Of a stretch of 64,000 bases of DNA, positions 45,744 through 53,489 are shown piece by piece. The translations under genes and the position numbers were made by a program. This DNA comes from Candidatus Micrarchaeota archaeon (lineage in GTDB: Archaea > Micrarchaeota > Micrarchaeia > Micrarchaeales > CABMGC01). Position 1 is the stretch's first letter, and the number at the start of each line of letters is the position of its first letter. The stretch spans positions 30,803-94,802 of the forward strand of contig JAJZNA010000014.1 of the NCBI GenBank assembly GCA_021848065.1, in the 5' to 3' direction. A model generated the notes under the pieces. That model worked only from the letters and a program-made list of their open reading frames with translations, was not told the DNA's origin and ran no database searches.

Positions 45744-46865
45744 ATGAAGATTGCTTTCGAACGAATACCGGCGGAATTTGTCTCAGACACCTCCTTCTAT
45801 GATTACAGGGATCCGATGTCGGATGCGCTAACAAAGGTAAATAAGTTCGGCGCTGTTGTGGTATTCAAAGACGGCGAATACTATGGCATAGTCGATGACA
45901 GGTCCATAGCCAGGAAAGGGGCGACAAAGCTGCCAGGCAGCTACCCGGTAGGCAAGTTCGCAAAGCCAGTTCCAATCGTCACAAAGCAGTCAAACATAAG
46001 GAAGGCTATACGCGCGTTCTATGACTCGGCCTCAAAGGCCGTGCCTTTCTCAGACAACGGGAAGATAAAGGGCATACTGAAAAGGTCTGACATACTCAAG
46101 TCGATACTGTCCATGCATATGCTGTCCAACTACAATGCCGGAGAAGTGATGTCCACTCCTCTCATAGCCATAGACCAGGAGGCTACCCTTGACAGGGCCA
46201 AGCGTGCAATGGCAGATCACGGGGTCAACAGGCTTGCTGTGATGGACAAGGGCAAGCTTGTGGGCATACTCACCTACAAGAACATAATAGAATCGCTCAT
46301 GTCCATACGCAATAGGTCCCCGGAGTTCAGCCCTAAAGGCAGGATGCCGGCAAGCGTGATCGAGTTCGCCCATAAGGATGTGTACGCCGTTGAACAGGGC
46401 GAAGGCATAGACAATGTGCTCAGGAACCTGATAAAGAACAACGTATCATCAATGCTGGTGACCCGCAAAGGGAAACCGGTTGGTGTAGTTACTGTGCACG
46501 ACATACTGGAAACAATAGTGAAGAACTCCAACATTCCTGCAAGGAACATAATCGTATCAGGCTTGACGGAGGGCACCAAGGAATATGAGGACGACCTCAT
46601 GGCTGACCTCGGATCCTTTGCCGAGAAAGTCGAGAGGTTCAGGGACGTAAAAGTGGACTATATAGCCGTAAACATAAAATCCATAAAAGGCACGGCATCA
46701 AGAAGCTATGAACTGAGGGCACGTGTAGGGCTTGCGCGCGGAGGAACCATATCAATGAGTACTACCGGATTCAACCTTGAAAGGACGCTTAGGGAACTTA
46801 CCTCAAAGCTGTACAAGGCTGTGGAGGCAAAGAACGACCTTATAATAACCGGCAGGAAGATCTGA
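45744..46865 (+). CDS. four-CBS-domain protein with C-terminal RaiA/HPF-like domain
   Basis: Four CBS repeats (GIVDDRSI, GILKRSDIL, GILTYKNII, GVVTVHDIL strands). The last 106 aa (46545-46862) align by eye to the short-HPF pattern: NIIVSG...FAEKVERF...VDYIAVNIKSIK...YELRARVGLARGGTISMSTTGFNLERTLRELTSKLYKAVEAK. Confidence 0.6.
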   Translation: MKIAFERIPAEFVSDTSFYDYRDPMSDALTKVNKFGAVVVFKDGEYYGIVDDRSIARKGATKLPGSYPVGKFAKPVPIVTKQSNIRKAIRAFYDSASKAVPFSDNGKIKGILKRSDILKSILSMHMLSNYNAGEVMSTPLIAIDQEATLDRAKRAMADHGVNRLAVMDKGKLVGILTYKNIIESLMSIRNRSPEFSPKGRMPASVIEFAHKDVYAVEQGEGIDNVLRNLIKNNVSSMLVTRKGKPVGVVTVHDILETIVKNSNIPARNIIVSGLTEGTKEYEDDLMADLGSFAEKVERFRDVKVDYIAVNIKSIKGTASRSYELRARVGLARGGTISMSTTGFNLERTLRELTSKLYKAVEAKNDLIITGRKI

Positions 46866-46866
46866 G

Positions 46867-47343
46867 ATGTCTATGGCAAAAAGCTCATCCAAGCTTCAAT
46901 CGAGCTTCGAACTGCTGCTGACCCTGTCGTTCGGGCTCGCCATACTCATACCTGTGATAATCGTGGCATTCATACAGATAGCCAATGCCAACACCTCTCT
47001 TTCTGCGATAGAGTCTCAGCAGGCTGCAAGCAAGCTATCGAGCGTAGCCACCCTTGTCGGCACGGAAGGCTTTCCTGCAAGGCAGCTGGTGCAGATAAAT
47101 GTGCCATCCGGCGTGGTTAACATATTCGTAGGCAATACCGTAAACGGCGTAGGTCACGAGATAATATTCGAGGTAGTATCTCCTCTGAACTCAAGCTACA
47201 TAACCACCTACACCCCTGTAAACGTGAGCGGCAACCTGGGCTCAATATCCTCCCAAGGCACTTACCTTATCAATGTCAGCGCACAGCCCCAGTGCCCAAA
47301 CAACGTGAATCTCGCATGCGTATACCTGAGGCCTGTGGTGTGA
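46867..47343 (+). CDS. prepilin-like (class III signal) protein, candidate structural pilin
   Basis: 158 aa. MSMAKSSSKL-QSSFELLLTLSFGLAILIPVIIVAFI is a basic N-terminus, Gln, an acidic residue at +5, then a hydrophobic helix. The remainder is a beta-rich Ser/Asn-rich domain. The start is 1 nt after the CBS gene stop. Confidence 0.6.
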   Translation: MSMAKSSSKLQSSFELLLTLSFGLAILIPVIIVAFIQIANANTSLSAIESQQAASKLSSVATLVGTEGFPARQLVQINVPSGVVNIFVGNTVNGVGHEIIFEVVSPLNSSYITTYTPVNVSGNLGSISSQGTYLINVSAQPQCPNNVNLACVYLRPVV

Positions 47344-47347
47344 GCTG

Positions 47348-50300
47348 ATGAGACTACAAATAGCGCTTGACTATCTTATCGTATTCTCATTTGTACTTTT
47401 CATCTTCGTCCTAGTTCTTGCTTCCATAGCAAGGCAGAGGGTGCTCGTGTCAAACGAGCAGACCTTCTCACAGCTGCAGCTTGTGGCCCAGTCTGTCGCT
47501 TCCGAACTCTCTTCGGCAGCCCAGGCTGGCAACGGCTACTCAGCATCAATACTCCTTCCGCCGCAGCTCAGCGTTCTGCAGTACAATATATACGTCACTA
47601 GGCAGGGGATGGTAATAGCATCTTCAAATACCCTGGGGCAGAATGTGCAGGCCACAGCATTCGGCATAGTACAGAATGTGGTATCAAATGCAAGCTACCT
47701 TTCAGGAAGCAAACTTTACTACCAGATACCCACGATAGAGAGCGGAGGGTACATGACCCTTCAGAACTCCTTCGGAACAATATGCATAGACTACACCTGC
47801 CCTTCAACCTCCTCCCAGGCAAGGCAGATCTCCCTTACAGACATTGTTGCGCATGGTTTCAGTTTCAATGGAAAGACCACCGCACTATATCTTCCAACCC
47901 CGGTGACGACCTCTACAAAGGAGTCTATAACCTTCTGGATAAAGACCCCGGTACCAGGCAAGTCCAACCAGTATGTAGTTGACCAGGGGGCATCATACTC
48001 CCCAAATAACAACTGGATAGACATCTCGCAGGGGCGCATAGTTGGCGGGCCATCGCTTACTAGCGAATGCGGCAGCAACCTGATACTCCAGCCCAATACA
48101 TGGTACTTCGTGGCCTACACCAGCTCAAGCTCGGTTAACATATACGTAAATGGAAGCCAGTCTCTAGGGTGTTCCATTTCCGGCACCACCGGGACTGTCC
48201 CTACCTCTCTTAACATAGGCCAGCTTGCAACTGGCTCCAGCAAGCTAAACGGCACCATAGCCGACATGCAGATATATGATGTCGCAATCTCTTCGCACGA
48301 GGTGTCAAAGCTTTATTCCGAAGGCATATCCGGGCAGCCTGTGGACTACTCCCACAACGTAGCATGGTACCAGTTCAATGGCAATGTGAATGACAGCAGC
48401 GGAAATGGAAACAACCTTACAACGACAGGCGTGCAGCTCTTTCCTGCCATAGCGCAGATACTTGCAAATGTCTACAACGCATCCGGGGTCCCCCTTCCCA
48501 ATGCAACTGTAGGCTTCGTAACCACATCCGGGTCATTTTCAACAGGAGCCTCTGCGTCTAGCCTAACCAATTCCAACGGTACGGCGCAGACATTCCTCAA
48601 TTCCGCAAACTCCAGCGATTATGCTGTTGTAAAGGCTGTCGCATTCAATGGCAACCAGTCCACTGCAAACAATCTGACTGCCTGGTGGCCGATGGTATAT
48701 GGCTCCGGAACCACTCTTTACGACCTCAGCTCAAGGTCTGATGCCAGCAGCAGACTGAACGGCAACATTGTGGGCGCATACTGGCCTTCCCCGACGTACG
48801 TCCTTAGGCTGTACGGAAGCACAGGCATAGTCAGCATACCGAGCACTTCAGGCCTGCAATCTAATCCGATCACAATATCTGCATGGGCAAGCTTCGAGCC
48901 ACCCACATCAGGACAGGATTTCGTGGCATCGGCGCCAGGTTCATGGGCATTCGGTGCGTGCACTGACAAGCTCGTAGTGTGCTTCTACAATCCGTCCGGA
49001 TCGCTTCAATACTCCAACACCATCTTAAATCCTGGACAGTGGTACATGCTATCTGAAACCTTATCAGGAAGCAATGCAATAGTCTATGTTGACGGGTCTC
49101 AAGTAGCCACCGGCACATCTGCTTCATACTTCTCAGGGAGCGCCATAGAGGTCGGAGGCCAGAGCGGCATGCCTTATTCATCCTCCCCGCCTTCCGGCCA
49201 GGCCATCCTTCCACAATCCTTCTTCAACGGAAGCATATCAAACCTGCAGATATACGGCTCAGCGATGTCTTCTACTGCACTCACCGCGCTCTATGATCGC
49301 GGCATAGGCGCCAGTCCAAACGGCGCAAGCCTGCATGGCTGGTGGCCACTGAACGGCAATGCAAACGACTACAGCGGCAAAGGGACCAACGGATCAATAC
49401 TGGGCAATGCCGGCTTCGTGAGGCTTCCTACATCAGCAGCGCAGGCAAGCTCTACATCCGCGCAGGTCCTCTCCGCAGGCTTCAACGGCAATTCCATGTA
49501 CATAAACGGCACGGGAATATATGCCTTCCCCATCTCTAATGCGCAGTGGATATATCCCAAAAGCTATGGCACAAGCGACTTTGAAGTCATAAGCGAATTC
49601 GATGGAGGTGGGCCAAATGCAGCGCCGTATGAGCTTGCGCTAAGGACAAATGGGGAGGTGGTTCTGTGGGACGGCAACACGAATCTCGTGAGCTCCTTGG
49701 TCGCACCTTTGGGCACGTGGAGTTTTGTAGGCTATACTCTTACCGCAAGCTCTGCAACCATATATGTCAATGGGAAGTCGCAAACCTTCTCACTGTCCAT
49801 AACTCCCACCGCCTCATCCAACCAATATTGGATATTGGGGTGGCAGTCGCGCTACACCACCAGGTATTTCAATGGCAATATGGCCAACGTGCAGGCATAC
49901 AATTCCACTCTGAGTTCTTCTCAGATGTCGCAGCTTTACCGCAGCGGCATAGCCGGTCTCCCGATAGCAGGCGCAAAGCTGGCTGGCTGGTGGCCGCTGA
50001 ACGGCGATACGAATGACTATGGCCTTAGCAATGAACCAGGAACCCCATACAATGGCATATCCTATAGCCAGGCAGTAAGCAGTGCGTATATAGCTCAGCC
50101 TCTATCCGGCTCGGGCCTCGTATTCAACGGCACAGGAAGCAATGTTGTGGTAACTGGCAACCTTGTTATAAATGGCCCATTCGCCGTGTCTGCCTGGGTA
50201 AACCCTTCGGCCTCATCTGGCAGGGAGGTAATAGCAGGCAAGCAGAACACCTTCCGGCTAGGCCTCGGATGGAATGGCAATTCCGAAGGCGACTTCTACG

Positions 50301-50644
50301 CGTATGTTGGTGGTACCCTTCTGGGCCCAGTATCCACCCCATACCCGCTTGATTACAACCAATGGAGCATGCTTACTGGGGTGTACAATGGCACCTACCT
50401 TACGCTGTATGAGGATGGCGTGCCAGTTAATACCATTGCGGCATCCGGATCTATAGCAACCAACTCCAATCCATTGGTGATAGGGGCATCCGAGACTTCC
50501 GGATATTCCTCGAATAGCTTCTCCGGTTCCATCGCAGGCATACAGGTATACAACACATCACTCACCTCGGCGCAGGTGTACCAGCTCTACAACACCGGCA
50601 CGCCGGCTTCTGCGTCTATAACCATTCCGCTGGGTGTTAGCTGA
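47348..50644 (+). CDS. giant prepilin-like surface protein with about four Laminin_G_3/ConA-like lectin modules
   Basis: 1098 aa. The N-terminus is MRL-QIALDYLIVFSFVLFIFVLVLASI. Repeated module ends are (M/L/V)Q(I/A/V)Y..(L/I)S..(Q/E)..(L)Y, and module starts are W(W/Y)(P/Q)(L/F)NG(N/D).ND(Y/S)SG. It also has an Ig-like insert and many N-x-S/T sequons. Confidence 0.7.
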   Translation: MRLQIALDYLIVFSFVLFIFVLVLASIARQRVLVSNEQTFSQLQLVAQSVASELSSAAQAGNGYSASILLPPQLSVLQYNIYVTRQGMVIASSNTLGQNVQATAFGIVQNVVSNASYLSGSKLYYQIPTIESGGYMTLQNSFGTICIDYTCPSTSSQARQISLTDIVAHGFSFNGKTTALYLPTPVTTSTKESITFWIKTPVPGKSNQYVVDQGASYSPNNNWIDISQGRIVGGPSLTSECGSNLILQPNTWYFVAYTSSSSVNIYVNGSQSLGCSISGTTGTVPTSLNIGQLATGSSKLNGTIADMQIYDVAISSHEVSKLYSEGISGQPVDYSHNVAWYQFNGNVNDSSGNGNNLTTTGVQLFPAIAQILANVYNASGVPLPNATVGFVTTSGSFSTGASASSLTNSNGTAQTFLNSANSSDYAVVKAVAFNGNQSTANNLTAWWPMVYGSGTTLYDLSSRSDASSRLNGNIVGAYWPSPTYVLRLYGSTGIVSIPSTSGLQSNPITISAWASFEPPTSGQDFVASAPGSWAFGACTDKLVVCFYNPSGSLQYSNTILNPGQWYMLSETLSGSNAIVYVDGSQVATGTSASYFSGSAIEVGGQSGMPYSSSPPSGQAILPQSFFNGSISNLQIYGSAMSSTALTALYDRGIGASPNGASLHGWWPLNGNANDYSGKGTNGSILGNAGFVRLPTSAAQASSTSAQVLSAGFNGNSMYINGTGIYAFPISNAQWIYPKSYGTSDFEVISEFDGGGPNAAPYELALRTNGEVVLWDGNTNLVSSLVAPLGTWSFVGYTLTASSATIYVNGKSQTFSLSITPTASSNQYWILGWQSRYTTRYFNGNMANVQAYNSTLSSSQMSQLYRSGIAGLPIAGAKLAGWWPLNGDTNDYGLSNEPGTPYNGISYSQAVSSAYIAQPLSGSGLVFNGTGSNVVVTGNLVINGPFAVSAWVNPSASSGREVIAGKQNTFRLGLGWNGNSEGDFYAYVGGTLLGPVSTPYPLDYNQWSMLTGVYNGTYLTLYEDGVPVNTIAASGSIATNSNPLVIGASETSGYSSNSFSGSIAGIQVYNTSLTSAQVYQLYNTGTPASASITIPLGVS

Positions 50645-51177
50645 TGAAGGGGCAATACTGGTCAATAGATATGGTATTCGCCATAATCGTGTTCACAGCC
50701 GCTCTAATCATACTGATAAGCGCATGGAGCAAGATCAACAGTGAATTTTCAACAGCATACGGATTCGGCATAGGGAGCATGCAGGCGCAGCTCCAGTCGC
50801 TACAGCAAAAAATAACCACCCCTGGATATCCTTCCGACTGGCTTTCTGTTGTGAATGTATCCAACGCCAACACCTGGCGTAATGTCAGCATAGGTTTGGG
50901 TAGCCAGAACGGCACCATCTCCGCGAGGAAGGCCATGGCCCTAATGGCGATGTCCAACACCAATTATCAGGCCACCAAGCAGGATATGGGGGTAGGATAC
51001 GACTACTACATAACTATATATTCGCCGGGCAACTACAACATATCTGTGGGAAGGAATCCGCTTGAAAGAAATGCAACGGCAATACAGTCTGCCACAATCC
51101 CTGTGATACTGTCCAACGGTGCAGTAGGTACAATGAGGATACTCGTATGGACTAATACTACGTTCGGTGTAAGCTGA
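50644..51177 (+). CDS. prepilin-like (class III signal) protein, candidate minor pilin
   Basis: 177 aa. MKG-QYWSIDMVFAIIVFTAALIILISAW. The start overlaps the upstream stop (TGATG). Confidence 0.6.
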   Translation: MKGQYWSIDMVFAIIVFTAALIILISAWSKINSEFSTAYGFGIGSMQAQLQSLQQKITTPGYPSDWLSVVNVSNANTWRNVSIGLGSQNGTISARKAMALMAMSNTNYQATKQDMGVGYDYYITIYSPGNYNISVGRNPLERNATAIQSATIPVILSNGAVGTMRILVWTNTTFGVS

Positions 51178-53489
51178 TGAAAGGCATAGTCTTCACCCTT
51201 GATGCTCTTTTCGCACTGATGATAACTGCGGCAGGCATATCCGTGCTGCTCTACTTCACGTACGTCACGCCTACCACTTCGTATACCCAGTACACGCTCT
51301 CAAGCTCCCTGCTAAAGGAGATGTCGCTGGCAAAGCTCAGTTCCATATCCGGCATACCTCTCGCCCTTGAGATGGTGAACCAGAGTGCGGCGTCAGGTCA
51401 GCCCTGGCACCAGGTACAGAAAGATGCGCAGTACAGCGGCGGGAACCCCACAGGGCCGTCACTTGGCACCGTAGCCTATACTGTAAATGCCCCAAATCCC
51501 ATAACGAACGGCACCATACTTGCCGGATACGGTGATGTATACTTTGCATCCGGAAACATCATGTATGCAATAAACGCCTCTACCGGCATCACCAGGTGGA
51601 CTTCCGGGTCCCCGTACAACTCCGTATGGTCACCTGCCTCCGGCTACTACTCGCCCCCGATAGTTGGCGCATTGCTCTATCGCGGCATGGTCATCTATGC
51701 CACAGATGCGAACATAATGGCCCTCAACGCGCTCAACGGCAGCGTCGTATGGGCTTCTACTGTTCCCTACACAATTGCAATTGGCGGAGAGCAGGAGCCT
51801 GACGGGGATGAATATCCCCCGATGATGTTCGAGTCCAATGGAAAGATAATAACCGGAACATCCGACGCATGCGGAGACGCCAGCGGCATAACACTCTACG
51901 CTTTCAGTCCAGGTAACGGCACGATAATAGGCAATGGCACTGGCATACTCTCGTCTGCAGGGCTTCTTGCCAGATATTCTGCGGCTTACGGGAGCCAGAT
52001 CGTTTCAACAGTCTTCTCGTGCAATACCTACCAGTTCACAGGGCTGCAGATGCTTACTGACATCTACAACAATACGTATGCTGCAGCAAACGTGTGGGGC
52101 AGCTCCGGCAGCGGCGCCGCATCTTTCGAGAGCGATGTGGCAATATACTCGAACACATTTGCCGTGGGGCAGGGTAACCATGCGAACCTTCTGAGCTCTT
52201 CAGGGAGCCTGATAAGCAGCGTCACCGACGCCAATTCCACCCTTGAGTCAGGAGTAAGCTCTTACGGGGGCGTTTTCGCATTCCAAGGCACATCTGCGGT
52301 TCTGGCACTCAACTCCACAGGATCGCAGCTATGGTATGCCCGGTCACAAAGCCACACTGCGCTCCTAAACCAGACACCTATCCAAAGCCTCCAGAACTTG
52401 TACGAGATCTGGGGAGACGGGTATGTGACAGAACAGAACCGGAGCACCGGCACGTTCACCGGCTCTGTAGCAATTCCATACTCCCTAACAAACACCAACA
52501 TAAACCCGCATATGGCGCTCGCATACGGCAAACTCTTTGCCAGCGTAGGTAGCCACCTTATTGCGTTCGGGACGTGCGCAGCATCCTCAAACTCATCAAT
52601 ACTCACCGACATAGGCACCATGTACATAAACAACGAGGGCAGCTGCGCCGACTACCTTCTGAATTCGCTTTCCCACACCGAGAACAGCACCTTCACTGTT
52701 AACAATCAGTCCATACTCACAGTTTCCGATTTCAACGGAGCAAACAGCGTGGTAACAATACCCTATTCCCAAAATCTATCCCTTTCCAACAACTTCACCG
52801 TGAGCATATGGTTCTACAGCGCCCTCCCACCAACATCTACCTTCTCTTCAGAACTCATAGACACCATTCAGAAGGTCAATGTCCGTACTATGGACCTCAG
52901 CCTAATAGGCAACAATGATGGCGCATCAACAGGCATACACGGGGACATAGGCAATGGCGCTTCATGGCTCTCCCAGTCGGTAAACTATCCGTTCACGTTC
53001 AGCCAGGATACCTGGTACAATCTCGTGGCCGTGTACACCCCATCTTCATGGACGCTATACATAAATGGGAATGCCATCTCCGGCACGTACTCGGGCAGCC
53101 CAAGCCTACTGGACGGGACATCCAATATACAGCTTGGGTCTGGGTCAGGTTCAAACCAATTCAACGGGGCGCTCTCGGATATGCAGATATACAACACCTC
53201 GCTCACCACGGCGCAGGTGGCACAGTTATACCGCGGCGGAATAAACGGGGGGCCAGTCAGCACGAGAATAGCCGCGTGGTTCCCGCTCGCAGGAGATGCG
53301 AACGGATATTCAAGCCAGCAGTATTTCCCCGGATTCACTTCTGGGGTTACATATAGCGATGCAACCAATGCGCAGCCGGGCCTGTCCGGTTCATATTCGA
53401 TATCGTCCCAGACTGTGCCGGTTGTCCTGTTTAATTATTCCACTGGGGATTATAAGCTGTATAATGTTGGGGTGTATACATGGAGATGA
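51177..53489 (+). CDS. prepilin-like protein with PQQ-type beta-propeller and one Laminin_G_3 module
   Basis: 770 aa. MKG-IVFTLDALFALMITAAGISVLLYF. PQQ-like repeats (GDVYFASGNIMYAINASTGITRWTS, GMVIYATDANIMALNALNGSVVWAS) are followed by a LamG end motif, LSDMQIYNTSLTTAQVAQLY. Confidence 0.7.
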   Translation: MKGIVFTLDALFALMITAAGISVLLYFTYVTPTTSYTQYTLSSSLLKEMSLAKLSSISGIPLALEMVNQSAASGQPWHQVQKDAQYSGGNPTGPSLGTVAYTVNAPNPITNGTILAGYGDVYFASGNIMYAINASTGITRWTSGSPYNSVWSPASGYYSPPIVGALLYRGMVIYATDANIMALNALNGSVVWASTVPYTIAIGGEQEPDGDEYPPMMFESNGKIITGTSDACGDASGITLYAFSPGNGTIIGNGTGILSSAGLLARYSAAYGSQIVSTVFSCNTYQFTGLQMLTDIYNNTYAAANVWGSSGSGAASFESDVAIYSNTFAVGQGNHANLLSSSGSLISSVTDANSTLESGVSSYGGVFAFQGTSAVLALNSTGSQLWYARSQSHTALLNQTPIQSLQNLYEIWGDGYVTEQNRSTGTFTGSVAIPYSLTNTNINPHMALAYGKLFASVGSHLIAFGTCAASSNSSILTDIGTMYINNEGSCADYLLNSLSHTENSTFTVNNQSILTVSDFNGANSVVTIPYSQNLSLSNNFTVSIWFYSALPPTSTFSSELIDTIQKVNVRTMDLSLIGNNDGASTGIHGDIGNGASWLSQSVNYPFTFSQDTWYNLVAVYTPSSWTLYINGNAISGTYSGSPSLLDGTSNIQLGSGSGSNQFNGALSDMQIYNTSLTTAQVAQLYRGGINGGPVSTRIAAWFPLAGDANGYSSQQYFPGFTSGVTYSDATNAQPGLSGSYSISSQTVPVVLFNYSTGDYKLYNVGVYTWR

